Positions 9,106-20,356 of a stretch of DNA of 64,000 nucleotides are shown piece by piece. The DNA is taken from contig CAZHHM010000005.1 in the NCBI GenBank assembly GCA_964532225.1, positions 12,100 through 76,099 on the forward strand, written 5' to 3'. A program made the translations under genes and the position numbers. Each line of letters starts with the position of its first letter. Within the stretch, counting starts at the first letter, position 1. Under the pieces are notes generated by a model, which ran no database searches, was not told the DNA's origin, and saw only the letters and a program-made list of their open reading frames with translations. The DNA is from an uncultured bacterium. GTDB lineage: Bacteria; Margulisbacteria; WOR-1; JAKLHX01.

Positions 9106-10098
9106 TTATTTCTTGAGCCAGCTCATCATCTTCCTGAGCTGTCCGCCTACTTTTTCGATAAGATGCTCATGGCCTTTTTTCTTAAGCGCCATGAAGACCG
9201 GCCTGCCCGCCTGGTTCTCGGTGATCCACTCCTTGGCGAATGACCCGTTCTGTATCCTTGACAGGACGTACTGCATCCTCTGTTTCACGCTCTCATCGAT
9301 GATGTAAGGCCCTACCGTGAGGTCTCCGTACTCGGCCGTGTTGCTGATGGCGTTCCTCATGCCAGCGATACCTTTTTCGTACATAAGGTCAACGATCAGC
9401 TTCAGTTCGTGCATGCATTCAAAATAGGCTATCTCCGGCTGGTATCCGGCGTTCACCAGGGTCTCGAATCCCGCCATTACCAGAGCCGTCGTCCCACCGC
9501 AAAGAACGGCCTGCTCTCCGAACAGGTCGGTCTCGGTCTCTTCTTTGAAGGTCGTTTCAAGCACTCCGGCCCTTGTGGCGCCGATGCCCTTTGCATGGGC
9601 AAGAGCTATCTGCTTTGCTTTTCCGGAAGCATCCTGATAAACGGCTATAAGAGCCGGCACAGCACTGCCTTCGGTGTAGAGTTTTCTCACTATCGGACCG
9701 GGACCTTTAGGCGCGATCATGATGACGTCGACATTTGCCGGCGGCATGATCTGATGGAAGTGTATGTTGAAGCCGTGAGAGAACACGAGCACTTTGCCCT
9801 TTTTGAGGTTCGGCTCGATAGCTTCTTTATAGACCTTTGGCTGAAGCTCATCCGGTACTAGTATCTGGATGATGTCCGCTTTCTTCGCTGCTTCATCTGC
9901 GGACATGACATCGAACCCGTCCTTCTTGGCCCTTTCGAAGTTGGGAGTACCCGGGACCTCGGCAACTATCACCTTCACTCCGCTGTCCTTAAGGTTGCTT
10001 CCCTGGGCGCCGCCCTGGCTCCCGTACCCAATTATCGCAACGGTCTTCCCCTTTAAAAGCTTGAGATCGGCATCCTTATCGTAATAGACTTTAGCCAT
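9106..10098 (-). CDS. ilvC: Ketol-acid reductoisomerase
   Basis: [12 protein letters not shown]...[26 protein letters not shown]-terminus. Start set at the ATG preceded by GGAGGAAGAA. Confidence 0.9.
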   Translation of the reverse strand: MAKVYYDKDADLKLLKGKTVAIIGYGSQGGAQGSNLKDSGVKVIVAEVPGTPNFERAKKDGFDVMSADEAAKKADIIQILVPDELQPKVYKEAIEPNLKKGKVLVFSHGFNIHFHQIMPPANVDVIMIAPKGPGPIVRKLYTEGSAVPALIAVYQDASGKAKQIALAHAKGIGATRAGVLETTFKEETETDLFGEQAVLCGGTTALVMAGFETLVNAGYQPEIAYFECMHELKLIVDLMYEKGIAGMRNAISNTAEYGDLTVGPYIIDESVKQRMQYVLSRIQNGSFAKEWITENQAGRPVFMALKKKGHEHLIEKVGGQLRKMMSWLKK

Positions 10099-10148
10099 TT
10101 TTCTTCCTCCTTTATTTTGTGAGGCCATGCCAAGGCATGGCTCTGCGA

Positions 10149-10634
10149 TCATTTTTCTTCGCTCCTTGAAAGCGAGATCTTACCGGTCCTGACCATCTCC
10201 TTGATGCCGTATTTTTCCAGCATCTTTTCAAGCGCATCTATCTTGTCTGTATCCCCGGTGGCCTCTATGATAAGCGAATTATCGCTGAGGTTCACGATCT
10301 TAGCCCTGAAGATATCGACTATCTGGCTTATCTCGTGCCTTGTCCTTTCATTGGCAGAGACCTTCAGCAGCACTAGCTCCCTGTCAACGGACGGTATGTT
10401 CGAGAGCTCATACACCTTTATGACGTCTATGAGCTTGTAAAGCTGCTTTGTTATCTGCTCAAGGATATCGTCATCGCCGTCTACAACTATGGTCATCCTT
10501 GAAACGGACTCATCCTCGGTGGTCCCGACCGCCAGAGAATGTATGTTGAACCCGCGCCTGCTGAATAGCCCCGAGACCCTTGAAAGGACTCCGGGTTTAT
10601 TCTCCACTAAAACAGCTATAGTATGCTTTTTCAT
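10149..10634 (-). CDS. ilvH: Acetolactate synthase small (regulatory) subunit
   Basis: ACT-domain N-terminus [31 protein letters not shown]. Located between ilvB and ilvC. Confidence 0.85.
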   Translation of the reverse strand: MKKHTIAVLVENKPGVLSRVSGLFSRRGFNIHSLAVGTTEDESVSRMTIVVDGDDDILEQITKQLYKLIDVIKVYELSNIPSVDRELVLLKVSANERTRHEISQIVDIFRAKIVNLSDNSLIIEATGDTDKIDALEKMLEKYGIKEMVRTGKISLSRSEEK

Positions 10635-10682
10635 CTGTCTGCTCTTTCTCACCCCTTCTGTCCTACGCTTCGCTCCGGACAT

Positions 10683-10708
10683 CTCCCCCTTACTAAGGGG
10701 GAGAATGA
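10683..10708. repeat. Palindromic repeat element tctccccc-ttactaa-gggggaga
   Basis: Perfect 8-bp-stem hairpin between ilvB stop and ilvH start. Same family as the 9067 and 7856 elements. Confidence 0.55.
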
Positions 10709-10715
10709 GAGGGGG

Positions 10716-12389
10716 TCAATCCACCAGCATTTCGTTGATCGCCTGCCCCGCAGGAACGAACGGGAAAACGTTCTCTTCTCTTGCTACGATAAAATCTATG
10801 ACCGTAGGCTTGTCCCTTGTCGCCATAGCCTTTTTCATGGCCTTTTCGACATCCTCGAATTTTTCCACTCTTATCGCCTGAGCACCGTAGGCCTCGGCTA
10901 TCTTGATGAAGTCCGGATTGTCGTCGAGATCTGTTGCAGAATACCTTTTACCGTGAAGTATTTCCTGCCACTGCCTGACCATCCCGAGATATCGGTTGTT
11001 CAGAATGGCAATGATGACAGGCATTTTATTGTTCACGGCCGTGTTCAGCTCCTGAATGTTCATCTGTATGCTTCCGTCCCCGGCGATATCGATGACCACC
11101 TTGTCCGGGCAGGCTACCTGAGCGCCGATCGCAGCCGGGAACCCGTACCCCATCGTCCCAAGACCTCCGGAAGAAATGAAGGTCCTCGGTTTGCTGTACT
11201 TATAGTACTGTGCGGCCCACATTTGATGCTGACCGACCTCGGTTACTATTATCGCGTCCCCGTTGGTCACCCTGTATATCTCTTCGAGCACGGCCTGAGG
11301 TTTAAGCCCTTCGCCGGCTTTGTAGCACAGCGGATGCTTCTGCTTCCAGGCCATTATCTGCTCCATCCATGGAGAATTGATATCTTTAGGTTTAACATGC
11401 GCTTCAAGAGCGTTAAGGACGTTCTTCACATCCCCTACTATCGGCACATCCACGCTGACGTTCTTGCCGATCTCGGCAGGATCGATGTCGATATGTATGA
11501 CCTTCGCATTGGGGGCAAAATGAGAGATCCTTCCGGTCACCCTGTCGTCGAACCTGGCCCCGACCGCTATAAGAAGGTCACATTCGGTAACTGCGTAATT
11601 CGCATAAACGGTCCCATGCATGCCAAGCATCCCCATTGACAGAGGATGTGTTTCGTCAAAAGCACCTTTGCCGAGAAGCGTTGTCGTTACGGGCGCGTTT
11701 ATCTTGACCGCAAGCTTCCTCAGCTCTTCAGAAGCACCAGAACTGATCACTCCGCCTCCGACATAGAGCATCGGTTTTGAAGACTTGTCGATAAGTTTTG
11801 CCGCGGCAGATATCTGCTTGGGATGCCCGTTGTATGTGGGTTTGTACGAAGGAAGACATACCTTTTCAGGCCATGAGAAATCTATCTTTTTCATCTGGAT
11901 ATCTTTGGGGATATCGACAAGGACAGGGCCCTGTCTGCCCGTGCTAGCAACATGGAAAGCTTCTTTTATCGTGCATGCTATCTGGTTGGCGTCCTTTATC
12001 AGATAATTGTGCTTGGTTATTGGCATGGTTATGCCCGTAATGTCAACTTCCTGGAAGGAATCCCTGCCAAGGAGCATGGTCGAGACCTGGCCGGTGATAG
12101 CGACCATAGGAACAGAGTCCATATGAGCGTTTGCTATGGCGGTTACCAGATTGGTCGCGCCGGGCCCTGATGTCGCGAAACAGACCCCTACTTTTCCCGA
12201 AGCCCTCGCGTATCCGTCGGCCATATGGCCTGCGCCCTGCTCATGTCTGACCAGTATGTGTTTCAGCCCTTTGAAGTTGTAAAGTGCGTCATAAAGAGGC
12301 AAAGACTGCCCTCCGGGAAGCCCGAAAACGACTTCTACGCCCTCCTTTTTGAGCGACTCGAGTATAGCTTGTGCGCCGGTTATTTCCAT
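10716..12389 (-). CDS. ilvB: Acetolactate synthase large subunit (TPP/FAD enzyme)
   Basis: 557 aa. TPP-enzyme N-terminal, central and C-terminal blocks ([14 protein letters not shown]..., GAQVA...IAGDGS). Confidence 0.9.
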   Translation of the reverse strand: MEITGAQAILESLKKEGVEVVFGLPGGQSLPLYDALYNFKGLKHILVRHEQGAGHMADGYARASGKVGVCFATSGPGATNLVTAIANAHMDSVPMVAITGQVSTMLLGRDSFQEVDITGITMPITKHNYLIKDANQIACTIKEAFHVASTGRQGPVLVDIPKDIQMKKIDFSWPEKVCLPSYKPTYNGHPKQISAAAKLIDKSSKPMLYVGGGVISSGASEELRKLAVKINAPVTTTLLGKGAFDETHPLSMGMLGMHGTVYANYAVTECDLLIAVGARFDDRVTGRISHFAPNAKVIHIDIDPAEIGKNVSVDVPIVGDVKNVLNALEAHVKPKDINSPWMEQIMAWKQKHPLCYKAGEGLKPQAVLEEIYRVTNGDAIIVTEVGQHQMWAAQYYKYSKPRTFISSGGLGTMGYGFPAAIGAQVACPDKVVIDIAGDGSIQMNIQELNTAVNNKMPVIIAILNNRYLGMVRQWQEILHGKRYSATDLDDNPDFIKIAEAYGAQAIRVEKFEDVEKAMKKAMATRDKPTVIDFIVAREENVFPFVPAGQAINEMLVD

Positions 12390-12472
12390 TGTCGGTTTGT
12401 CCTGATTTTGTTATTTTAGCAAATTCTGAGCTCTGGCGCAATGCAAGTTGTTTATCACTTATTTCGATAAAT

Positions 12473-15040
12473 ATGCAGGAAATCATTAATATGAGGGGTC
12501 TTTTAGGACAGCTCGACACAATAAAGTCTGCTTCAATAATTTCGGAAAAGAACCCAATTCTTGACCAACTGATGGAATTGGCCAAAAATGCCGTAAAGAT
12601 GTTCAAGGCTTCAAGGCCCTTGTCAGGCCCGGACGGGCAAGAACCTCTCACCCTAAAGGTCTCGTACGGGATAAAGAACGACCAAACAGGCAATATCCGG
12701 AACACGGTACATCAGATCGCGAACAATATGCCCCCATCCGTGGATATTATGGCGGCTTCCCAAGCGTTCAAATTCCTTGGGATAGACTGCAATGACACGA
12801 CAGGGCTTTTCTCAGGCTATGATATCAGCGCCGCAAAGAACGGAAAGACCGCAGAAGAGACAGGAGCCCTGGCACTGCCCGACAGGGACGCCCAATTCTC
12901 CAGGTTCGGAAAAAATGCCGCAGAGATGTCCGCGTTATTTAACAACGCGATAGCCGGCACAGTTAGCGGGAACCCTTATTATTTCGGAAGAGCGGCTAAT
13001 GCACTTGGACAGATCACGGGGTTCGCATCTCTGACCCATGCGGCCAACGATCTGGCTGAAAGCCTCGCGGGAAGCAACGGGATCTTGAACGTATCCGCGG
13101 AAACCCAGCTGGGAACTTCAACAGCTCTATCGCTTAATCTCAACTTCAATCCTATGGGGAGCATCAACGACGGGGCGCTGCCCTTCTCCTGGAAGAACAC
13201 CTTCACCGGCTCTCTAGGTATCGGGGGCGGCACAAATTTTGCAAAATTCGGCAGCGGGTCCTCTACCTTCTCGGTGGACGGCGACTATTCGGCAAGGATA
13301 GGTCTGGGATATATCGGGAGTAACGGAGGGCTCAACATAGGGAACTTCTACAACAATTCTATCTTTATCCCTGTCAAAGAGTCCTTTTTCCCTCTGGCCA
13401 ACCTCAATGCTTCTGTGACAGCTTCCTATGTTAAAGACTCGTTCAGTGTCAGCGCGGGAATAAAAGCAGGCCCTCCCATTGCCGTTTATACAGCTGCGAT
13501 GTCGAACGTAAAGGGGCAGTCGGGCTTTTCTGAAGGGTTCGATCCGAACAACAGTTTCCTTCCTGATCTGACCGGCAACATATCCGCAGGTTTTCAGAAT
13601 GATGCACTCACGACTTTACTGAACATTAAAGGCAACCTTGGCGCGGGGACGGTCGACAGGCTTGAGCTGCTGTTCAAAATGGGCCCCCATTCCGTGATCA
13701 ACACTTTCGGCCTGCCGGTGGAGTTTTCCGGATCATTCGGTCTTGAAGGCGGATTGGGAGGCATCAATTTCTCAAGTTACCTCAATCATATGTTCGGAAA
13801 GGTAGGGTTCTCGATGAATCTGGGGGACCTTTTCGGCTCATCAAGAAATCCTGCGGCCAGCATCTCCGCAATGACCGCCTCCTCTTCTGCTTCGTTAACG
13901 ACAGCAGTGAACGCGTCTTTCTCCCACTCATTTGTATTGAAAGATCCGGTAACGGAAGCTGTCGAACTCACAGCACCTAAGTTAACTGAGCTGCCGCGGC
14001 CTGAATCACCGAACATCTCAAGCCAGATCATCACTTTACCGGAAGTGGAGGTGTTCCCTGAAACAGCACCTAAAGAGATATTGATAAAGAACGGGGACAC
14101 TCTTTGGGATATTGCCTCCTCAGAGCTGGGTAAAGGCGCACGTTGGAGAGAGCTTGAGGTCTATGACAGCAATGGCAGCAAGATCGAACTTATTGACCCA
14201 CGAAAGCTCAGACCCGGGATGAGGGTCAGGGTGCAAGGGAAAGTAAGCGAGGGAAATACTGCACTTGCAGCATCAGAAAGACCTCCAGTGCAAGAACAGT
14301 CAACGAACAGCCCTCTGCTGTCAAGGGAAATGCTGCTCAAGGCCTATACCGAGATTAGATCGGAGACGGGAGCGACAATATCTTTGCAGGCTTTTGAAAA
14401 AGCCTACACCGCCTACGCAGAAATGGTCTCCTCCGGAAAAGTAAGGCCCGGAAAGCTGTTGGTCTGCGATTTTACAATGCATAACAGCGAGAACCGTTTC
14501 TATGTTCTTGAGGTAGACCCGTCTGGAGGCATCACCATCAAAGACGCTATCAAGGTCGCGCACGGGTCAGGAACTGATAAGAACAACGATGGCTGGGCGG
14601 ATATTTTTTCGAACGTACAGGACACCCATGCAAGCAGTATGGGATCTTTCAGGATATCAGAAAGGACTTTCAGGCCCAACAGTCTGGGTTTTGTGTATTT
14701 TCTGGACGGCCTGGACAGCACTAACTATCTTGCCCGGCGAAGGAACATCTACATACATTCAACTAAAGACTTAAAAAAGCAGTATGTCCCGGAGAAGAAC
14801 GTTCCAAATGTTCGAACCGGCAACAGCTGGGGCTGCTTTACTCTGAACACCAATGATTCGGACAGGCTTGGATTCGGTCTTGGAGCATCAAAGACCGCAG
14901 ACAACGATATCTCCGGATACCTCCTTTTCGCTTTCTTTGACCCCGAAGAAAGGAAAGTAAGCATGGAGAACTTCGCGGCGTTCGGGACATCAAGGCCCAC
15001 TGGGACCTTCAGTTTTGAAAACGGCATCGAAGACCTTTGA
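12473..15040 (+). CDS. Large Gly/Ser/Asn-rich protein with a LysM domain and a C-terminal L,D-transpeptidase (YkuD)-like catalytic motif
   Basis: Start MQEIINMRGLL. LysM: ILIKNGDTLWDIASS...RPGMRVRV. C-terminal motif IHST-x20-SWGCFTLNTNDSDRL resembles the LDT signature H(G/S)T...S.GC..L.N.D. No signal peptide seen. Confidence 0.5.
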   Translation: MQEIINMRGLLGQLDTIKSASIISEKNPILDQLMELAKNAVKMFKASRPLSGPDGQEPLTLKVSYGIKNDQTGNIRNTVHQIANNMPPSVDIMAASQAFKFLGIDCNDTTGLFSGYDISAAKNGKTAEETGALALPDRDAQFSRFGKNAAEMSALFNNAIAGTVSGNPYYFGRAANALGQITGFASLTHAANDLAESLAGSNGILNVSAETQLGTSTALSLNLNFNPMGSINDGALPFSWKNTFTGSLGIGGGTNFAKFGSGSSTFSVDGDYSARIGLGYIGSNGGLNIGNFYNNSIFIPVKESFFPLANLNASVTASYVKDSFSVSAGIKAGPPIAVYTAAMSNVKGQSGFSEGFDPNNSFLPDLTGNISAGFQNDALTTLLNIKGNLGAGTVDRLELLFKMGPHSVINTFGLPVEFSGSFGLEGGLGGINFSSYLNHMFGKVGFSMNLGDLFGSSRNPAASISAMTASSSASLTTAVNASFSHSFVLKDPVTEAVELTAPKLTELPRPESPNISSQIITLPEVEVFPETAPKEILIKNGDTLWDIASSELGKGARWRELEVYDSNGSKIELIDPRKLRPGMRVRVQGKVSEGNTALAASERPPVQEQSTNSPLLSREMLLKAYTEIRSETGATISLQAFEKAYTAYAEMVSSGKVRPGKLLVCDFTMHNSENRFYVLEVDPSGGITIKDAIKVAHGSGTDKNNDGWADIFSNVQDTHASSMGSFRISERTFRPNSLGFVYFLDGLDSTNYLARRRNIYIHSTKDLKKQYVPEKNVPNVRTGNSWGCFTLNTNDSDRLGFGLGASKTADNDISGYLLFAFFDPEERKVSMENFAAFGTSRPTGTFSFENGIEDL

Positions 15041-15097
15041 TAGATGCAAGTTTTACGGCATCTCTACCGAATGATATACGAAACGGAGAAAAATAAT

Positions 15098-15331
15098 ATG
15101 AGCCCTAAAACAAGGATGGCACTAAGACTGGCGGACACGGCGGTAAATTCCTACGTTTCAAGAAAAGGCGACAACCTTGTCAGCATTGCAAAACGTATGC
15201 TTCCCGACGGGGCCGGCACGCGTGAACTCCTTTATCTGGCACAGAGACTTTACTACCTCAATGAAAAACAGATCGGACCTGATCCTGTCAATATACGTCC
15301 GGGGACCAAACTAAAGGCGTCCTCCAGATAA
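15098..15331 (+). CDS. Small LysM-domain protein
   Basis: Start MSPKTRM after SD GGAGA. LysM-like YVSRKGDNLVSIAKRML...IRPGTKLKA. Confidence 0.5.
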   Translation: MSPKTRMALRLADTAVNSYVSRKGDNLVSIAKRMLPDGAGTRELLYLAQRLYYLNEKQIGPDPVNIRPGTKLKASSR

Positions 15332-15349
15332 AAAAGCTATAATGTCTTC

Positions 15350-16195
15350 ATGTCCCTTCCAGAATGGCTGATCAAGCGCACTCCAAAATCCGAGAACATA
15401 CGCAAGATGCGTGAATTGATAGCTGATGAAGCTATCCATACCGTCTGCGAAAGCGCAAAATGCCCGAACATCGGCGAATGTTATTCTTCGCGCACGGCGA
15501 CATTCATGATACTCGGAGATATCTGCACAAGGAACTGCTCTTTCTGCGCTGTAGGCAGCGGGGCTCCTTCAGCCCCCGATGAAAGTGAACCGGCAAGAGT
15601 TGCCAAAGCTGCGCAAAAACTTGGAGCGGCGTACGTCGTGATCACCTCTGTGACAAGGGATGACCTGCCTGACGGCGGGGCCGGACATTTCGCCGCAACA
15701 GTGCATGCCGTCAGAAAAGAACTCCCCGGGGTAAGGATAGAACTATTGATCCCTGACCTCGCCGGGGACGAGTCCTCGATCAAAAAGATCGCAGATGCGG
15801 GCCCCGATGTCATAAACCACAACCTTGAGACCGTACCGAGGCTCTACCCCTCGGTCAGGCCGCAGGCCGTATACGAGAGGTCATTATCCGTTCTCGGATC
15901 GGTAAAAAGGCTGTCCCCCTCGCTTTACACTAAGAGCGGTATCATGGTAGGATTAGGGGAAACGAGGGACGAAGTGGTCTGTCTGATGGATGACCTAAGA
16001 GCAAATGGTTGCGACATCCTCACAATAGGCCAGTACCTTCGGCCTTCAAGCTCTCAGGTCCCTGAGACAGAATACATCGATCCGGACATTTTCAGGGAAT
16101 ACGAGCAGCTTGGTACGGAAAAAGGTTTTAAAAAAGTTTTCTCAGGCCCGTTCGTCAGAAGTTCTTATAAAGCTGGAGAAATAATACATGTTTGA
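15350..16195 (+). CDS. lipA: Lipoyl synthase
   Basis: CPNIGEC and CTRNCSFC radical-SAM/auxiliary cluster motifs. Confidence 0.9.
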   Translation: MSLPEWLIKRTPKSENIRKMRELIADEAIHTVCESAKCPNIGECYSSRTATFMILGDICTRNCSFCAVGSGAPSAPDESEPARVAKAAQKLGAAYVVITSVTRDDLPDGGAGHFAATVHAVRKELPGVRIELLIPDLAGDESSIKKIADAGPDVINHNLETVPRLYPSVRPQAVYERSLSVLGSVKRLSPSLYTKSGIMVGLGETRDEVVCLMDDLRANGCDILTIGQYLRPSSSQVPETEYIDPDIFREYEQLGTEKGFKKVFSGPFVRSSYKAGEIIHV

Positions 16196-17366
16196 AGAAG
16201 CTTCAAGATTAAAGGACCTGCCGACGTACGTCTTTGACACCATGGACAAGATCAAGGCCGATGAAAGGGCCAAGGGCAAAGACCTCATTGACCTCTCCAT
16301 GGGCTCCCCCGACCTTCCGACGCCGAAACCCATAGTCGACGCGATGAAAGAAGCCATAGAAGAAACTGCCAATCACAGGTACCCGAGCTTTGACGGTCTC
16401 CCTGAGTTCAGGCAGACAGTTGAAAAATGGTGCCATGACCAGTACAACATACACATCGACCACAGCAGAGAGGTCCTTCCTCTTATCGGTTCGAAAGAAG
16501 GGCTGGTACATCTTGCCTTCGCATTTGTTGACCCGGGAGATACGATCCTTGTGCCTCTTCCGGCCTACCCTGCCCATTTCAGGGGAACGCTTCTCGCGGG
16601 AGGCAATCCCGTAGTCATGCCGACCAGCGAAAAGACGGGATATCTTCCTGACTTCTCGACCATAGACCCTGCCATCGCCGAAAAGGCAAAAATGATGTTC
16701 CTAAGCTATCCGACCAATCCTACCGGCGCTGTCGCCAACAGGGAGTTCTTCGAAAAGGCAGTGCATTTCTGCAAAAAGTACAAGATAATGCTCGTTCATG
16801 ACTTTGCGTATGCGGAACTTTACTTCGACGGCGAAAAGCCGATGAGCATACTTGAGGTCCCAGGCGCAAAGGACATCTGCATCGAGTTCCACACCCTGTC
16901 AAAGACATTCAGCATGGCCGGGTGGAGGATAGGTTTTGTCGTCGGCAACCATGAGATCATCCAAAGCCTGCGCAAGATCAAGACAAACCTTGATTACGGA
17001 CTTTTTACCGCAACGCAAAGAGCGGGGATCGCGGCAATGTCCCTTCGTAACGGCTACCTCGAGGACATGAGAAAGACGTATCAGAAAAGAAGGGATATCC
17101 TCGTTGAAGGCCTCCGTTCCCTGGGATGGACCATCGAAAAGCCGAAAGCTTCGATGTATATCTGGCTCGAGGTCCCGCACGGATACAATTCCACGACATT
17201 CACCATGGAGCTCATCAAAAAAGCCGGGATTGTGGTCTCTCCGGGGACCGGTTTCGGCGACCTTGGCGAAGGATATGTTAGAATAGCATTGATCGATACC
17301 GAACCCAGGCTCAATGAAGCCATAGAAAGAATGAAAAAGGCAGGGATCAGGTATAATCTCTCTTAA
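16188..17366 (+). CDS. PLP-dependent class I/II aminotransferase (aspartate/alanine aminotransferase-like)
   Basis: [16 protein letters not shown]-lysine region. 392 aa with a typical fold-type I layout. Confidence 0.8.
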   Translation: MFEEASRLKDLPTYVFDTMDKIKADERAKGKDLIDLSMGSPDLPTPKPIVDAMKEAIEETANHRYPSFDGLPEFRQTVEKWCHDQYNIHIDHSREVLPLIGSKEGLVHLAFAFVDPGDTILVPLPAYPAHFRGTLLAGGNPVVMPTSEKTGYLPDFSTIDPAIAEKAKMMFLSYPTNPTGAVANREFFEKAVHFCKKYKIMLVHDFAYAELYFDGEKPMSILEVPGAKDICIEFHTLSKTFSMAGWRIGFVVGNHEIIQSLRKIKTNLDYGLFTATQRAGIAAMSLRNGYLEDMRKTYQKRRDILVEGLRSLGWTIEKPKASMYIWLEVPHGYNSTTFTMELIKKAGIVVSPGTGFGDLGEGYVRIALIDTEPRLNEAIERMKKAGIRYNLS

Positions 17367-17403
17367 GGAAGAAAAGGACAAGAGGCCTCTAATTGCCGTC
17401 ACA

Positions 17404-18372
17404 ATGGGCGACCCGGCAGGGATCGGCCCTGAGATAATCGTAAAAGCACTGTCACTCACCGAAGTCAACCGCATCTGCAGGCCTGTTGCCATTGGTGATT
17501 CTTCGGTACTCAAGAACGCGATGAAAGTAGCAAAGTCCTCCCCCCTTATAATCAACGAGGTCAAGAAAGTCGATGCCGGCAATTATGCCCCCGGAGTCCT
17601 GAACGTAATGAACCTTGACAATGTCCAGGCATCCAAGCTCAAGGTCGGCAAGATCAGCACAGAAGCCGGAAGGGCCTCGATCGAATATGTGGAAAAAGCG
17701 ATAGATCTGGCCATGGACGAAAAAGTGGACGGCATAGTCACCGGACCGATAAACAAAGAAGCCATACAAAAGGCAGGGTTCAGGTTCTCGGGTCATACCG
17801 AACTTCTGGTCAAGAGAACTAAAGCAGCGAACCATGCAATGATGTTCCTTTCGGATTCGATCAGGGTAGTGCTTGTAACGGAACATCTGCCTCTAAGCCA
17901 GGTGTCCAAGGAACTGGACAAGAAGCGCATCGTCAATGTGATCAAGCTTGCCGATAAGGAGCTGACAAAACTGCTGGATAAGACCCCGAAAATTGGTGTC
18001 GCAGGGCTTAATCCTCATGCCGGGGAGAACGGGATATTCGGACCGGAAGAGGAAAAGATAATCAGGCCTGCCGTTGAAGAGGCCAAAAAGGCCGGGATAA
18101 ATGTCAAAGGGCCGATATCCGCCGACGCTATCTTCTATCTGGCCAATGTCGGCATGTTCGACTGCGTAGTGGCCATGTACCATGACCAGGGACTTATCCC
18201 TCTCAAGCTGCTGTCGTTCAACAGGTCGGTCAACATAACTATCGGCCTCCCGATCATAAGGACCTCTGTTGACCACGGCACAGGCTTTGATATCGCCGGC
18301 AAAGGCTGGGCCAATCCCGGAAGCCTGATACAGGCGATCAAGGCAGCGACCCTTATGGCGACAAAAAAGTAG
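17404..18372 (+). CDS. pdxA: 4-hydroxythreonine-4-phosphate dehydrogenase
   Basis: MGDPAGIGPEI, SGHTELL and HGTGFDIAGKG motifs. Followed by rsmA, the conserved pdxA-ksgA synteny. Confidence 0.85.
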   Translation: MGDPAGIGPEIIVKALSLTEVNRICRPVAIGDSSVLKNAMKVAKSSPLIINEVKKVDAGNYAPGVLNVMNLDNVQASKLKVGKISTEAGRASIEYVEKAIDLAMDEKVDGIVTGPINKEAIQKAGFRFSGHTELLVKRTKAANHAMMFLSDSIRVVLVTEHLPLSQVSKELDKKRIVNVIKLADKELTKLLDKTPKIGVAGLNPHAGENGIFGPEEEKIIRPAVEEAKKAGINVKGPISADAIFYLANVGMFDCVVAMYHDQGLIPLKLLSFNRSVNITIGLPIIRTSVDHGTGFDIAGKGWANPGSLIQAIKAATLMATKK

Positions 18373-19220
18373 TGAACGGCCCTTCTCTTTCCGAGGCCAC
18401 CAAAGACCTTCTAAAAAAGCACTCGTTCATTCCGCAAAAACGTTTCGGCCAGAATTTCCTGATAGACAAAGCCGCTCTCGACCGGGTAGTAAAGGCAGTG
18501 TCAATTTCAAAAGAAGACATCGTGCTGGAGATAGGTACGGGGACCGGGCTGCTTACAAAAGAGCTGGCCGCATTCGCAGGCAAAGTGGTCTCCTACGAGA
18601 TAGACACCAGAATATTCCCTATTGGAGAGGAGTATCTTAAAGGAACACCCAATATCGAGCTCAGGAACGAGGATTTCCTTAAAGAGCAAAAGCTTCTGCC
18701 CTGCACCTTTACAAAGTGCGTTGCCAACATCCCCTACTACATCTCTACCCCGATAATAGAAAAGCTTGTCGAGCTCAAGGTCCCTCTTATCGTTATCACT
18801 GTTCAGAGAGAGTTCGCCGAAAGGATGGCAGCTTTGCCGGGCAGCAAGGATCACGGGAGTTTTTCTGTGTTCGTTAATTATCATTTCACGTCAAGGATAG
18901 ATTCCCTGATCCCTAAGAGCTCATTTCTTCCCCAGCCCGACGTCGGTTCAGCTGTTGTTGTGCTTGAAAGAAGGGCCGCACCGGCAGTCAGAGTAAAAAA
19001 CGAGACGACTTTCTTTAAAACGGTAAGGGCATCGTTCGGACAGAGAAGAAAAATGCTGAGGAACGCTCTTCAGACTGTTTTTAGCAGTGAAGAGGTCGAT
19101 GCCGCGCTGTCTGCCGGCCGCATCGACGGCAAAAGGCGCGGAGAAACGTTATCGATGGAAGAGTTCGCTTTATTGTCCGACGCGTTGCCACAGATTGAAA
19201 ATACCCCGGTAAATTGGTAA
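18372..19220 (+). CDS. rsmA: 16S rRNA (adenine1518/1519-N6)-dimethyltransferase
   Basis: KsgA signature FGQNFLID...; SAM-binding EIGTGTG. Confidence 0.9.
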   Translation: MNGPSLSEATKDLLKKHSFIPQKRFGQNFLIDKAALDRVVKAVSISKEDIVLEIGTGTGLLTKELAAFAGKVVSYEIDTRIFPIGEEYLKGTPNIELRNEDFLKEQKLLPCTFTKCVANIPYYISTPIIEKLVELKVPLIVITVQREFAERMAALPGSKDHGSFSVFVNYHFTSRIDSLIPKSSFLPQPDVGSAVVVLERRAAPAVRVKNETTFFKTVRASFGQRRKMLRNALQTVFSSEEVDAALSAGRIDGKRRGETLSMEEFALLSDALPQIENTPVNW

Positions 19221-19233
19221 TCTGATAATTAGC

Positions 19234-19776
19234 ATGGGCGCATTCAAAGAATTCCTTAGGAATAATTTCTTCAGCAGGCTTTTAAAGCCGAAGAGGTATT
19301 TCTCTTCGGTCAACGACATAAACCTTGACGAACTCAAGAGAAAAGGGATTCGGTCTATCATCGTGGACCTCGACGACACCCTTCTCCCGAGAAGAGAGTA
19401 CAAGATCCCTCTTTCGACCTACACATGGATACAGCAGGCAAAGGAAAAGGGCTTTAAGATCTTCATCGCGTCGAACGGTTCCAGACTTTTAAGGATAGAG
19501 CACGTCGCAAGGACCCTTCAGGTCGACGGTCAGGGACTGGCCTTCAAACCGCTCCCGTTCGCCTTTATGAAATTCCTTTCAAAGTCCGGTTCAGACGTAA
19601 AAGAGACCGCAGTGATCGGGGATCAGCTCATCACCGATATTCTTGGCGGGAACCTCCTGAACATGCACACGATACTTATCGACCCGATGTCGGTGGAGAC
19701 CTCGGTGATAAGGGTCCCGTTCAGGGTAATGGAGGATTTCCTTATCAGGTTCTTCCGTATCAGAAAAGATTCTTGA
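19234..19776 (+). CDS. HAD-superfamily (YqeG-like, IIIA) phosphatase
   Basis: DxD motif IIVDLDDTLLP. Small HAD hydrolase. Confidence 0.7.
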   Translation: MGAFKEFLRNNFFSRLLKPKRYFSSVNDINLDELKRKGIRSIIVDLDDTLLPRREYKIPLSTYTWIQQAKEKGFKIFIASNGSRLLRIEHVARTLQVDGQGLAFKPLPFAFMKFLSKSGSDVKETAVIGDQLITDILGGNLLNMHTILIDPMSVETSVIRVPFRVMEDFLIRFFRIRKDS

Positions 19777-20356
19777 GAGAAGCCTTGATTATGGCCTCTA
19801 CGCCTGAAGTGCTGGCATCTACTCCGCTTGAAGATATTGCAGCTCTGGCCTCCTTCGCATTGTAGCCTAGCGCCATCAAGGCCGAGATAGCGTCCTTCAT
19901 AGCTTCATTATCGGCAGAGACACCGGGGAGCTGGTCCTCGGCAGCAACGGAATACGCTTTCGCCAGTTTCTCCTTCAGCTCGATTATCACCTTTTGGGCT
20001 GTTTTTCTGCCGATGCCCGGGACCGATGTTATCGTCTCGACATCGCCTTTAGTGATAGCTATGATGAGCTTTTTCACGTCAAATGCGGACACGATGCTCA
20101 TGGCGCCTTTCGGGCCTATACCGCTCACGGAAAGCAGCTGTTTAAAAAGCGACCTCTCTTCTTTTGAGTGGAACCCGAAAAGCTGCATCGAGTCCTCGCG
20201 CACTACCATGTAGGTCAGGACCTTGATCTTCTGCCCTTTTTTTGCGTTAAAGATGACCGTCCCTGTAGAGAGGACCTCATACCCTACTCCGCCGCAGTCG
20301 ACCACAAGCAGGTCCTTATCGACCGAATCGACCAGCCCTTCGATATGTCCTATCAT
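19760..20356 (-). CDS. ruvA: Holliday junction branch-migration protein RuvA
   Basis: MIGHIEGLV...VGYEV N-terminus. HhH motifs (GIGPKGAMSIV, GIGRKTAQK). Confidence 0.9.
   Translation of the reverse strand: MIGHIEGLVDSVDKDLLVVDCGGVGYEVLSTGTVIFNAKKGQKIKVLTYMVVREDSMQLFGFHSKEERSLFKQLLSVSGIGPKGAMSIVSAFDVKKLIIAITKGDVETITSVPGIGRKTAQKVIIELKEKLAKAYSVAAEDQLPGVSADNEAMKDAISALMALGYNAKEARAAISSSGVDASTSGVEAIIKASLKNLF

Noticed and set aside
10623-11639. 338-aa plus-strand ORF
   Set aside because: Entirely antisense within ilvB, with no motifs. Shadow ORF.
16899-17582. 227-aa minus-strand ORF
   Set aside because: Antisense to the aminotransferase and pdxA genes, with low-complexity translation. Shadow ORF.
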